A DNA stretch of 59,571 nt from Saprospiraceae bacterium (GCA_016787545.1 JAEUUS010000144.1:1-59571), one strand, 5' to 3'; shown: positions 1-12,693, numbered from the stretch's first letter. Notes: generated from the sequence alone by a model not told the origin. Translations and numbers: made by a program.

Positions 1-174
1 TTGATGAAACCGGGTGCTTTGCTGTTATTTAACCGTCTTCACGGAGAAAACGAGGCCGTGCGGCATGTAACGGAGCGTTTTTTTGAAAGGACATTCAAAA
101 CGGTATTCCCGGAAGCCTGGGCGATTGATACCAGCGGAAACTGGATTCTTTGCGGAGAGAAAAAGTTTACATAG
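1..174 (+). CDS. 3' fragment of a CDS that starts upstream of the window; possibly a class I SAM-methyltransferase or spermidine-synthase-like C-terminus
   Basis: Frame +1 is open from the window edge to TAG at 172-174 (57 codons, ...KPGALLLFNRLHGENEAVRHVTERFF...WILCGEKKFT). It is too short for the ORF track. The KPGxLL motif is only a weak hint of an MTase fold. Confidence 0.35.
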   Translation: MMKPGALLLFNRLHGENEAVRHVTERFFERTFKTVFPEAWAIDTSGNWILCGEKKFT

Positions 175-215
175 ACTTAACCCCGCGTTCAAAAGGAGTC
201 CGGCACTAAGGCATC

Positions 216-223
216 TACCTTTG
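216..223 (+). promoter_or_regulatory. Candidate Bacteroidota -7 box (TACCTTTG matches TAnnTTTG)
   Basis: Exact match to the TAnnTTTG consensus, 17 nt upstream of the ATG at 240. No good -33 TTTG was seen. Confidence 0.3.
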
Positions 224-239
224 CGAAAAAAGCGAATAC

Positions 240-932
240 ATGAAGGAAAACACGGCCACCAATAAAATTCTGATCGTAGATGACGAACCGGATATCCTGG
301 AGTTTCTGCAATACAACCTGCGGAAAGAAGGATACCAGGTGGTAACGGCTCCAGATGGCCTGCAGGCCCTCACAGTAGCCGAAAGGGAAAAGCCGGATTT
401 GATTTTGCTCGATATTATGATGCCGGAGATGGACGGTGTGGAAACTTGTCGGCAACTGCGCTCCAAAAAAGAATTCAATGATACCCCTATAGCCTTTCTC
501 ACGGCAAGAGACGAAGACTTCTCCCAAATTGCGGCCCTGGATGTTGGCGGCGACGATTACATCACTAAACCCATCAAACCGAGGGTACTGATGAGCCGGA
601 TAAACGCTTTGCTGCGCCGCTCCAACCGGGCCACTGAAGAAGAAAGCAGAACCATCAGCCTGCACGATCTGGTGATTGACCGAGATAAGGTACTGGTGTT
701 CAAAAAAGGCCAAACCATAGAATTGCCCCGAAAAGAATTTGAAATCCTTTGGTTATTGGCCTCAAAACCCGGCAGAGTATTCACCCGGGAAGAAATATTT
801 GACAAGATTTGGGGCAACGATGTCATAGTGGGCAACAGAACCATTGATGTACACATCCGGAAACTGCGGGAGCATATCGGGGAAGAGTACATCAAAACCA
901 TGAAGGGCATCGGGTATAAATTCGACTTTTGA
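240..932 (+). CDS. Two-component response regulator, OmpR/PhoB family
   Basis: 230 aa. Receiver domain (ILIVDDEPDI, LLDIMMPEMDG, ITKP) plus winged-helix output domain (RTIDVHIRKLREHI...GIGYKF). Its stop overlaps the kinase start. Confidence 0.95.
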   Translation: MKENTATNKILIVDDEPDILEFLQYNLRKEGYQVVTAPDGLQALTVAEREKPDLILLDIMMPEMDGVETCRQLRSKKEFNDTPIAFLTARDEDFSQIAALDVGGDDYITKPIKPRVLMSRINALLRRSNRATEEESRTISLHDLVIDRDKVLVFKKGQTIELPRKEFEILWLLASKPGRVFTREEIFDKIWGNDVIVGNRTIDVHIRKLREHIGEEYIKTMKGIGYKFDF

Positions 933-1981
933 TGTTCAAGAATCAGACACCGCAACAACTCTCCTTTTTCATTGCAGGCATTTCTGCCGCAGCCATGGCG
1001 GCTCTGCTGCTGATTCTGAAGGCGTTTACCTTTCTGAATGTTACCTGGCCCGAAGTATTAGGCTTGTTCGTGCTGGCCTTTGCGGTGGCTTTTGTGGCCA
1101 ATTATTACCTGGTTCGTTATTTCATTTTTCGTCGTATCAAATTGATTTACAAGATTATACACCGGCAGAAACTCCCATCCGAGTTTCGGGCAGGCAATCT
1201 GGATATGACCAAAAATGTACTGGACGATGTAGAGCGTGAAGTGGGTGAATGGGCTGCCAAACAGGAATCTGAACTGGAAGAACTGGAGCGCCTGGCCACT
1301 TACCGGCGCCGTTTTATTGGCGATGTTTCCCACGAGTTAAAAACGCCTATTTTTAATGTGCAGGGCTTCATACATACCTTGCTGGACGGCGCTTTGTACG
1401 ATTCCAACGTAAACCTGCAATACCTCCAACGGGCTGCCAAGAACATTGAACGCCTTCAGATGATTGTGGAAGACCTCGAAACGATCAACAAACTGGAAGC
1501 CGGTCAGATGATCCTGGATTTGCAGGAATTTGATCTGCACGACCTCACCGACGAGGTATACGCCGACCTGGAAATGCGCGCACACGAGCGCAACATCCGC
1601 CTGACCTACAAGGAAGGCGCCAACCAGCGGTTCCGGATCCGTGCCGACAAGGAAAGTATCCGCCAGGTGCTGATGAACCTCGTGCACAACTCCATCAAAT
1701 ACGGCAAGGAAGGCGGTTTGACCAAAATCAGTTTCTACGACATGGAAACCTATGTTTTGGTAGAAATCAGCGACAACGGTATTGGCATTACACCAGAGCA
1801 CCTCAGTCACGTATTTGATCGGTTCTACCGTGTAGACAAACACCGTTCCCGCGAAGCAGGCGGCACCGGCCTGGGCCTCTCCATCGTAAAACACATCATC
1901 GAAGCCCACAAACAAACCATCAATGTGCGCAGCAGCGTAGGCCAGGGAAGTACTTTTGGGTTTACGCTGGAGAAAGCGTGA
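932..1981 (+). CDS. Sensor histidine kinase (HisKA + HATPase_c), partner of the upstream regulator
   Basis: The ATG at 932 overlaps the TGA of the regulator by 1 nt (TGATG). Two N-terminal TM helices, H-box FIGDVSHELKTPI, N box HNSIKYG, G boxes DNGIGI and GGTGLGLSIV. Confidence 0.93.
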   Translation: MFKNQTPQQLSFFIAGISAAAMAALLLILKAFTFLNVTWPEVLGLFVLAFAVAFVANYYLVRYFIFRRIKLIYKIIHRQKLPSEFRAGNLDMTKNVLDDVEREVGEWAAKQESELEELERLATYRRRFIGDVSHELKTPIFNVQGFIHTLLDGALYDSNVNLQYLQRAAKNIERLQMIVEDLETINKLEAGQMILDLQEFDLHDLTDEVYADLEMRAHERNIRLTYKEGANQRFRIRADKESIRQVLMNLVHNSIKYGKEGGLTKISFYDMETYVLVEISDNGIGITPEHLSHVFDRFYRVDKHRSREAGGTGLGLSIVKHIIEAHKQTINVRSSVGQGSTFGFTLEKA

Positions 1982-1984
1982 GGT

Positions 1985-2250
1985 GGGACGATGGACGATG
2001 GACGATGAACGATGGACGACGGGACGATGAACGATGGGATTGCGTGGGTACTTAAAATAACGTGGGTTGTCATCCCGAGTACTCGGGACCTACACAAGCC
2101 GGGCTAACCGAGATTACCCTTTGCAAAAAGGACTGTGGTATCTGGGCTTGTGTAGGTCCCGATTCCCGGGATGACAACCCACTTTATTTTAAGTACCCAC
2201 GCAATCCCGTCGTTCATCGTTCATCGTTCATCGTTCATCGTCCACCGTAG
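1985..2250. repeat. About 265-bp composite imperfect palindrome (MITE/REP-like)
   Basis: The left inner arm 2035-2100 (gggattgcgtgggtacttaaaataa..tgggttgtcatcccg..cgggacctacacaagcc) is the reverse complement of 2144-2207. The outer arms are 7-nt tandem units: (gacgatg)n at 1985-2038 and (cgttcat)n at 2204-2248. The loop is 2101-2143. Confidence 0.85.
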
Positions 2251-2353
2251 GCCGTCAACCGCAAGCCGTCCACCGTAAACCGTCCACCGTAGGCCGTCCA
2301 CCGTAAACCGTCCACCGTAGGCCGTCCACCGTAAGCCGTCCACCGTATCCCGT
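2239..2353. repeat. Tandem array of about 8 copies of a 14-nt unit (ccgtccaccgtaRR)
   Basis: Direct reading gives ccgtcaaccgcaag, ccgtccaccgtaaa, ccgtccaccgtagg and so on, head to tail with no spacers. The array ends 1 nt before the metH stop codon at 2354-2356. Confidence 0.9.
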
Positions 2354-6037
<3,684 letters not shown>

Positions 6038-6084
6038 GTGTGGGGATTGCGTAGGGGCGGCAAAGGTATGATTTTCGGAAGCCT

Positions 6085-7059
6085 CTAATCTTGCAGCAGG
6101 TCGTGCTGATCAATTTTTTTGGTGATTAATCGGGGAACCCCCTTAGCGGTTTGATCAACAATTGGGCTAAAACGTGCGTTCCAGACGATATCAGTCGCAA
6201 CATAGGATCGCCGGGTATGGACTTGTTGCTGTGTAGTCTCATCGGTTCCTTTCACCAATACCAAAACTTCTACATTGCCGTCTATTAGATCCTGGGAAGA
6301 AAAATGCTGGATTGGGCTTTGGTCGTTGAGGGCATGGACAACGGTCCAGGACAGTGAGAAAAAACTGATTTTACTGATTTCCAGATTGAGCGGGTAAAAT
6401 TTCCGGCTTAATGCCCCATTTTCTTCCCTTTGGTTAATGACCAGCAGCAGTTGAACCTCTGTTTCGATTAATTCACTTTTACTCGTGTTTGCCATCCTGA
6501 ACATAAGGCCCTGTCCATCCCTGTAAGGAGCAACCAGCATGTGGTCGGAGAAGAAAATTCTGGCAGAGGGTCTGGAAAAGCGGCCGTAAAGCAAGCCAGT
6601 CATCAAAGCAAACGCCAACAACCCGAAAAACGATTCAACTGAAGCCAGGATACTGATCACAAATCCATTCGGACTGATATGGCCGTATCCAACCGTGGTG
6701 AGCGTCTGGCTACTGAAAAAGAATGCCTGCATAAAATTATGCAGGGTGTCTCCCAATTGGACACCATTGAAATGTTCAACGCCAATCAGTAGATACAAGC
6801 TGGAGAAAAAAATATTCAGGAGCAGGAAAAAGCCAAAAATAAGCGCCAGGAAATGTCGCCAGGGCATGGAGATGAGGTGATAATAAATATTATCCCAGGG
6901 GCTGATTCGTTCCCGTTCTACATTAAATGAGCCATCTGAATTCATTAACCGGGCATCAAGCGCCAGATTTTTTCCAAATCCAAGTTCGCGCTCAAGTGGT
7001 TTGCTCTTAATTTTGCGGAGCAGTCTGCTAAAGTTTGCGTTATTTTCTTTTTTCGCCAT
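6085..7059 (-). CDS. Inward-rectifier-type K+ channel (KirBac-like)
   Basis: 324 aa. Slide helix, two TM helices flanking a pore helix with selectivity filter TTVGYGH, then a large beta-rich cytoplasmic domain. It lies 47 nt upstream of metH on the same strand. Confidence 0.85.
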   Translation of the reverse strand: MAKKENNANFSRLLRKIKSKPLERELGFGKNLALDARLMNSDGSFNVERERISPWDNIYYHLISMPWRHFLALIFGFFLLLNIFFSSLYLLIGVEHFNGVQLGDTLHNFMQAFFFSSQTLTTVGYGHISPNGFVISILASVESFFGLLAFALMTGLLYGRFSRPSARIFFSDHMLVAPYRDGQGLMFRMANTSKSELIETEVQLLLVINQREENGALSRKFYPLNLEISKISFFSLSWTVVHALNDQSPIQHFSSQDLIDGNVEVLVLVKGTDETTQQQVHTRRSYVATDIVWNARFSPIVDQTAKGVPRLITKKIDQHDLLQD

Positions 7060-7120
7060 GGTTACTATTATTTATCCTTGCATCGGCCAAACAAAAGGCA
7101 AAACTTAAAGTTTAATACAT

Positions 7121-8530
7121 ATGAAACGACGTGCCATAGTTTGGTTCAGGCAGGACCTCCGGCTCCATGATAATGAAGCGCTTTCTACTGCGCTTCGAAT
7201 GGCGGAAGAGGTTGTGCCGGTGTACATCTTTGATGAAAGGGTACTTTGGGGTGAAACCCGATTTGGGTTTCGCAAAACAGGGCCGCATCGCGCCCAGTTC
7301 ATACTTGAAAGTGTAGCTAATTTACGGGAAAACCTGGAAAAAATTGGCGGCAAACTTTTAATCAGGATAGGTCGGCCGGAGCCCATTTTGTCAGAAATGG
7401 CCCAACAAATTAAAGCGTCGTGGGTCATATGCAACCGTGAGCGTACGCATGAAGAAGTGTTGGTACAGGATGGTTTGGAGCAAAAGCTTTGGGGAATAGG
7501 CGTAGAGTTGTTGTACACTCGGGGAAAAATGTTGTATCACACGCAGGATTTGCCTGTTCCGGTTCAGCATACGCCAGACATTTTTACCCAGTTTAGAAAA
7601 GAAACGGAGAATATTACCCCGGTACGGGATCCTTTACCTTCGCCAAGTGGTATGCCACCCATTCCGCATGGACTGGAGTTGGGAACCATCCCGGAAATGA
7701 AAGATTTTGGGTATGATCAGGTACAACCGGATTCAAGGTCGGTTCTGAATTTTAAGGGTGGAGAAACCGAAGGGCTGAAAAGATTACGCCATTATTTTTG
7801 GGACAAGGACATGGTTTCGCATTACAAGGAAACCAGAAATGGGCTTGTAGGGGCCGATTATTCATCCAAGTTTTCTCCCTGGCTTTCACAAGGCTGCCTT
7901 TCGCCTAAAATGATTTACCATGAGTTAAAACGATATGAACGGGAGCGGGTAAGTAATGAAAGCACCTATTGGCTGTTTTTTGAATTGCTGTGGCGCGACT
8001 ATTTCCGGCTGATGGGCAAAAAATATGGAAACCGAATTTTTCAAAAAGGAGGCGCTCAAGGAAAAGATTTGAGGCACCTGAAAAACAATCAGGAAGTATT
8101 TCAATTATGGGCGGAGGGTAAAACCGGTGTTCCCTTTATTGACGCGAATATGCGTGAACTTAGCGCAAGTGGTTGGATGAGTAACCGCGGCCGACAAAAT
8201 GTGGCGTCCTTTCTCGTCAAGGATTTAAAAGTAAACTGGCAAATGGGTGCAGAATTCTTTGAAAGCCAACTCATTGACTACGATCCCTGCAGCAATTGGG
8301 GCAACTGGAACTACGTAGCAGGGGTAGGAAGTGATCCAAGGGAAGACAGGTATTTCAATATTCTGACGCAGGCCAAAAACTACGATGCACATGGTGATTT
8401 TGTGCGACTTTGGTGTCCGGAACTAAAGGATATTACCGGCGAAAAAATTCACCGCCCGGACCAACTGACCAGCGCTGAACGGAATGGTTACCCAAAGGCC
8501 ATCGTCAAAATCGATAAATGGGCGCAGTGA
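7121..8530 (+). CDS. Cryptochrome DASH / DNA photolyase family protein
   Basis: 469 aa. N-terminal photolyase alpha/beta domain (IVWFRQDLRLHDN) and FAD-binding domain (FKGGETEGLKRL, WRDYF, GWMSNRGRQNVASFL, DYDPCSNWGNWNY). Confidence 0.9.
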   Translation: MKRRAIVWFRQDLRLHDNEALSTALRMAEEVVPVYIFDERVLWGETRFGFRKTGPHRAQFILESVANLRENLEKIGGKLLIRIGRPEPILSEMAQQIKASWVICNRERTHEEVLVQDGLEQKLWGIGVELLYTRGKMLYHTQDLPVPVQHTPDIFTQFRKETENITPVRDPLPSPSGMPPIPHGLELGTIPEMKDFGYDQVQPDSRSVLNFKGGETEGLKRLRHYFWDKDMVSHYKETRNGLVGADYSSKFSPWLSQGCLSPKMIYHELKRYERERVSNESTYWLFFELLWRDYFRLMGKKYGNRIFQKGGAQGKDLRHLKNNQEVFQLWAEGKTGVPFIDANMRELSASGWMSNRGRQNVASFLVKDLKVNWQMGAEFFESQLIDYDPCSNWGNWNYVAGVGSDPREDRYFNILTQAKNYDAHGDFVRLWCPELKDITGEKIHRPDQLTSAERNGYPKAIVKIDKWAQ

Positions 8531-8611
8531 GAAATCGAAAGAGCGATTAGACTTGCTACAAAAGTAGTTTGGGGCGGTTTTACAGCCCCTTTTCGCCTTT
8601 CTTCAAAACAC

Positions 8612-8654
8612 AAAATGGAGGGTTGACCGGCAAGGTCAACACTCCATTTTTATT
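8612..8654. terminator. Bidirectional rho-independent terminator between convergent genes
   Basis: aaaatggagggttgacc-ggcaa-ggtcaacactccatttt. The 17-bp stem (one mismatch) is flanked by an A-run and a T-run. It sits between the cry stop (8530) and the stop at 8677. Confidence 0.6.
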
Positions 8655-8676
8655 GCTCGCTCATACGCACACGTCA

Positions 8677-9087
8677 CTAATAGTCAGAATCATCGGCGAC
8701 GTCATGCTCCTCATCATCACGGCGGCGCGTGACGATGATGTGATCGTCTTCATCAGACTGACCATCATCGAGATCATCATCATCTTCTCCGGCGCCGTCG
8801 AATTCATCGTCTACTTCAACTTCAACGTCGGCAATTTCCTCTTTCAGGTGTCCTTCATCATCAAAATCCTCATCGTCCTTGACGATGCGTTTTGCTTCTA
8901 TGATGGTCATCCGGATAAGGTAATAGGTGTCGTCTGTTTCAAAAGGAAGTGCAGACACCTTTTTACCGTCTTTGTCATTGTAAGAGACAAGACTTTCGGC
9001 ATACCCGCTAGGGTATTTTTGCTTTACGAGCCGGACGATCTCTTCCGAGAGAGCGTCATAATCTTTGACAACGCGTTTTTTAGCCAA
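8677..9087 (-). CDS. Conserved-looking small protein with an extremely acidic C-terminal tail, function unknown
   Basis: Proposed TTG start at 9087, giving (M)AKKRVVKDYDALSEEIVRLVKQKYPSGY...ALPFETDDTYYLIRMT followed by a D/E-rich tail. The ATG at 9168 would add a Cys/Trp-rich, non-protein-like 27 aa. The opposite-strand ORF 8569-9213 is a shadow. Confidence 0.6.
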   Translation of the reverse strand: MAKKRVVKDYDALSEEIVRLVKQKYPSGYAESLVSYNDKDGKKVSALPFETDDTYYLIRMTIIEAKRIVKDDEDFDDEGHLKEEIADVEVEVDDEFDGAGEDDDDLDDGQSDEDDHIIVTRRRDDEEHDVADDSDY

Positions 9088-9246
9088 GGTCAGGGAATGT
9101 TTTGGTTTTGTACAACAGTACCAGGGCACTGCATTCAAGTGCGGCAAATTTATGGGGCAGTTTTTCAAACGGACAAATTTTTTTTAAAAGAAAAACAGGA
9201 AAGGGGCTACTAATTTTTAAGACTTCCGTTTACCATTCGGCTGTTA

Positions 9247-9254
9247 TATCTTTG
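9247..9254 (+). promoter_or_regulatory. Candidate -7 box (TATCTTTG matches TAnnTTTG)
   Basis: Exact consensus match 25 nt upstream of the ATG at 9279. The -33 region reads only TTTA. Confidence 0.3.
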
Positions 9255-9278
9255 GCTCGAATAATATTCTGACTCTTC

Positions 9279-12200
9279 ATGCGCCTATCTATTGCTTCAA
9301 CGGTATTTTGCCTTTTGCTGACCAACACGGTTTTTGCACAAGTGAGCATCATTTTCGAAGATTTTAATGCCTGTAACCTCCCCTCAGGTTGGGAAGTTAG
9401 CAGCATCGGAAATCAAAACCCTGTATGGTATGTGGGGGATGCAGTACAAAACAACGACAACAATGGCCAAAACATGGATGGCACCTGTTTCCTTTTTATT
9501 GATGACGATGCTACGGGAGACCAGACCCCAGCCTATGTCTTGGATTTTATTTCACCGTCCTTCGATGCGAGCCAATACCCCACCATGGAATTATCGGTAG
9601 ATGTGCATTACCGCGACTGGAACGAAGCCGAAGAAAGTTTTGAAGTGATTTTAACTGACGGCGCCACGGAAACACTCATCCGAAAATATGACAAATACCG
9701 GAGCACAGGGTCCAATTTGTATGAATACGAAACCCTGGTATTTGATCTGGCCCTGTTGACAAAAAGTCCGAATGCCCGGATTATTTTCCGCTACAACGAT
9801 GCCGGAGGCTTCAATTGGTGGGCCGGAATCGACAATTTTTCCATTACTGGTAAAGGACAGGGGACTAATGTGATCGCTGAATCCTTTAATGGCTGTACTA
9901 AACCGGCTGGCTGGGAAACCCAGGTACTGACAGGTGTAGACGACTGGCAGTTTGGACTAATCACGCAAGGAGCTGCGCTCGGGGGTGGAAACTCTATGGA
10001 CGGCAGTTGTTTTGTCTTTTTTGACGACGATTTTCTCGGACAAACCGCGCCATTTTCGGTAGCACGGTTGCAGTCACCCTGGTTTGACGGCTCCCTTTTC
10101 AGCAATTTTTCCGTTGATTTTGATATCATTCTCAGGTATTATTCAGAAAAGGTTGCGCTGATTGTGCAACACGGAGACGGGCAGGAATTTATTGTAGCCG
10201 AATCTCAGGGAGATATTGGTGGTCCCTATTTCCATCAGTATAACCATGTTCAACTTGACCTATCTCCTTATCGTTCCAAACAAATGCGGGTCGTTTTTGA
10301 ATTTGATGATGGTCATAACTGGGGCTGGTGGGCCGGATTAGACAATATCAAGGTAACCGGTAACGGCATAGCAAACGATCTTTGTTCAAACGCCAAAACC
10401 CTGTTTACCGGACAGGCTTGTCAGGAAGAAAACAACCGAAATGCGCTGATTGAGGGCCCCGCGCCAGGTTGTGTGGCCAAAAGTGCGGGCGGACTATGGT
10501 ATTCCTGGACAGCTGATTTCACGGGAATTGCCCGACTCAACACTCAGGCTCAATTCAATGATGTGGTTGATATTTTTTCCGGAGATTGTGGAACCCTTCA
10601 AGCCTTGCAATGTAATAACCGGGATGAACATGGATTTACAGGCGAAAGCACCTACTTCCAGGCAACAAACGGCTCAACTTACCTGATTCGGGTGAGTGGA
10701 CAGGAAGGCGGGTTTGGTCGTTCCAGAGGAACCTTGTGTGTAGGCATTGAACAAGCACCACAAATCCCCCAGACACCAACAAATGACGATTGCCTGCAAG
10801 CCCAAACGCTTACCATCGGAACCGTTTGTGAGGAAAGCAGTAATTTGTTTGCCGGTAGCTCCCCTACCCTGCCCAGCCATAATCAGCTGGCCCGTCATGA
10901 CATTTGGTACAAGTTTACTGCGCCATCTATGTTACCGGAAGAATTCCTTGAATTTCAAAGCAAGGCCAATTTTTCTGACATTATTACGCTTTATTCCGGT
11001 GGTTGTGATCAATTGGTTGAGACAGCGACCAACCATAAGGGACAAAACCTTCAGATCAGCAACCTTACAGCCGGACAAGCTTATCTGATTCAGGTTTCAG
11101 GTACTTTTGCCACCGTTGAAGGGCAGGTATGTCCATCTTTGGTACAAAAAAATCAAAATACCCCTGTAAACGATCTATGTCAGGATGCCATTTCCATATT
11201 GGTTGGCGCTCCCTGCACCTCCGGCTCTAATATTGGCGCCGGATTCTCCGGAAACCGGCCGCCTTGTGTGCCGGGCATTGCCCAGGATGTTTGGTATCAA
11301 TTTTCGGCGCCTGCTTCAGGATCCGTTCACATCAATACAGGGGCTGACTTTCCGCATGTTTTAGCAGTTTGGAAAGGTATGTGTGACAGTTTCACCAATA
11401 TTCTTTGTGAAATTAACCCTTTGCGTTGTGATGGTTTCATTACCCTCGGTGCACTTTCTGCCGGAGAAACCTATTACCTTCAAATCGGTTCACAACACAG
11501 CGCTGCGGGCATTCAGGCCGGTAATTTTTGCATTCAACTGATTGATGGCTCCGAAAATGCCCCGTTTGAACCGCTTATTCTGAAGGTGACAGAGAAATGT
11601 ATCAGTTCCAATGTTACCCGACTTAAAGTAGAGGTAACAGGAGGAACTGCCCCATTTCAGTTTAGTGGTAATGCAGATGGTGAAGATCTGAACTCCGGAG
11701 AACACTATCTGGTGGTAGTAATGGATCAAACGGGATGTGTACGTTCCATTCAAGGCATAACAGAAGACTGCGAGGCATTGGACTGCGCCATAAGTGGCGC
11801 ACTGACAGCCGTTCAACCCAGTTGCTATGGCGTTGCCAATGGCGCCTTATCTGCCATGGTAACAGGTGGAACAGCTCCTTATTCCTATCTTTGGACTAAC
11901 GGTGCAACAACAGCCGACATCAACCAACTTGCCGCCGGCGTGTACACTGCCACGATCACAGATGCTGTAGATTGTGACATCGTGCTAACAGCCACCATGA
12001 TTGATCCCCCAAGCATTACTGCCGTGCCAACGAGTATTGTCCAGCCGCATCAAGGAATGGCAGATGGGGCGATTTACCTGGATGTAACCGGAGGAACAGG
12101 GGTATTCACCTATTCATGGCTTCGCAATGGCATTCCTTATGCAACCTCAGAAGACCTTACCGGTGCACCGGCAGGAGATTATACTTTCACGTTAACCGAC

Positions 12201-12518
12201 CAGAACGGCTGTACTGCCTCTTACGATTTCACCCTGACAGAAACTGTTGGCACAGAAGAAGTTACACAGGGATTTTACACCGAAATCTTCCCAAATCCGA
12301 CAACAGAAAAAGCCTGGCTTGCCGTTTCTTTCCCTAAACCTCAATCTTTACACCTCAGCCTTTGGGATGCTTCGGGCAGGGCCATTCATAGCTGGACGGT
12401 ACGGCATGTAACAGAGCAGAACATCCCAATCGATCTAAAAAATCTCCCGGCAGGACAATATCAATTGCGCATCCGAACCGAACAGGGCCTGGCCATAGAG
12501 CCACTCGTGAAGCTGTAG
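9279..12518 (+). CDS. Large T9SS-secreted adhesin-like protein (2 jelly-roll/MAM-like domains, 3-4 PPC-like domains, SprB repeats, Por C-terminal domain)
   Basis: 1079 aa with a signal peptide ending VFAQ. Two roughly 170-aa paralogous domains end in WWAGIDNFSITG and WWAGLDNIKVTG. Repeated NDxC...YLI(R/Q)VSG modules. SprB-type repeats (CYGVANGALSAMVTGGTAPYSYLW). C-terminal IFPNPTTEKAWLAV...LPAGQYQLRI. Confidence 0.85.
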   Translation: MRLSIASTVFCLLLTNTVFAQVSIIFEDFNACNLPSGWEVSSIGNQNPVWYVGDAVQNNDNNGQNMDGTCFLFIDDDATGDQTPAYVLDFISPSFDASQYPTMELSVDVHYRDWNEAEESFEVILTDGATETLIRKYDKYRSTGSNLYEYETLVFDLALLTKSPNARIIFRYNDAGGFNWWAGIDNFSITGKGQGTNVIAESFNGCTKPAGWETQVLTGVDDWQFGLITQGAALGGGNSMDGSCFVFFDDDFLGQTAPFSVARLQSPWFDGSLFSNFSVDFDIILRYYSEKVALIVQHGDGQEFIVAESQGDIGGPYFHQYNHVQLDLSPYRSKQMRVVFEFDDGHNWGWWAGLDNIKVTGNGIANDLCSNAKTLFTGQACQEENNRNALIEGPAPGCVAKSAGGLWYSWTADFTGIARLNTQAQFNDVVDIFSGDCGTLQALQCNNRDEHGFTGESTYFQATNGSTYLIRVSGQEGGFGRSRGTLCVGIEQAPQIPQTPTNDDCLQAQTLTIGTVCEESSNLFAGSSPTLPSHNQLARHDIWYKFTAPSMLPEEFLEFQSKANFSDIITLYSGGCDQLVETATNHKGQNLQISNLTAGQAYLIQVSGTFATVEGQVCPSLVQKNQNTPVNDLCQDAISILVGAPCTSGSNIGAGFSGNRPPCVPGIAQDVWYQFSAPASGSVHINTGADFPHVLAVWKGMCDSFTNILCEINPLRCDGFITLGALSAGETYYLQIGSQHSAAGIQAGNFCIQLIDGSENAPFEPLILKVTEKCISSNVTRLKVEVTGGTAPFQFSGNADGEDLNSGEHYLVVVMDQTGCVRSIQGITEDCEALDCAISGALTAVQPSCYGVANGALSAMVTGGTAPYSYLWTNGATTADINQLAAGVYTATITDAVDCDIVLTATMIDPPSITAVPTSIVQPHQGMADGAIYLDVTGGTGVFTYSWLRNGIPYATSEDLTGAPAGDYTFTLTDQNGCTASYDFTLTETVGTEEVTQGFYTEIFPNPTTEKAWLAVSFPKPQSLHLSLWDASGRAIHSWTVRHVTEQNIPIDLKNLPAGQYQLRIRTEQGLAIEPLVKL

Positions 12519-12566
12519 AGGCAAAAAGGCTAATAGAATTGAGGCTGTTTCATAAGTCGCCTTTTT

Positions 12567-12652
12567 ATTTTTACCGCAGAGTCGGAGAGACGCAGAGGGC
12601 TTGACAACCAATCATTTACACCTCTGCGTCTCCCCGACTCTGCGGTAAAAAT
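12567..12652. repeat. Long hairpin (about 31-bp stem, 22-nt loop), REP-like
   Basis: atttttaccgcagagtcggagagacgcagagg at 12567-12598 pairs with cctctgcgtctccccgactctgcggtaaaaat at 12621-12652 (one mismatch). It lies between convergent genes and has no U-run outside the stem. Confidence 0.8.
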
Positions 12653-12693
12653 CACCTATTAGACACCCTGAATTTCTGCCATGTCTATTGCCG

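Noticed and set aside
1825-2250. ORFs 1825-2097 (-) and 2062-2250 (+) across the 2-kb palindrome
   Set aside because: They are low-complexity periodic peptides (SSFIVHRSSFIVHRPP, PSSIVHRPSSIV) produced by the 7-nt repeats, and one overlaps the kinase 3' end antisense.
2239-2353. CRISPR array (regular short repeats here and at 39424-39539)
   Set aside because: The units are 14 nt and 9 nt and directly abut each other, with no unique spacers. There are no cas genes in the window. These are tandem repeats, not CRISPR.
6038-6084. Cobalamin or SAM riboswitch upstream of metH
   Set aside because: Only 47 nt separate metH from the upstream gene, too short for either aptamer, and no B12-box-like sequence was seen.
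8569-9213. A 214-aa plus-strand ORF
   Set aside because: It is the mirror image of the acidic-protein gene. It is Ile/Phe/Val-rich because it is the antisense of GAT/GAA-rich codons, and its sequence does not look protein-like.
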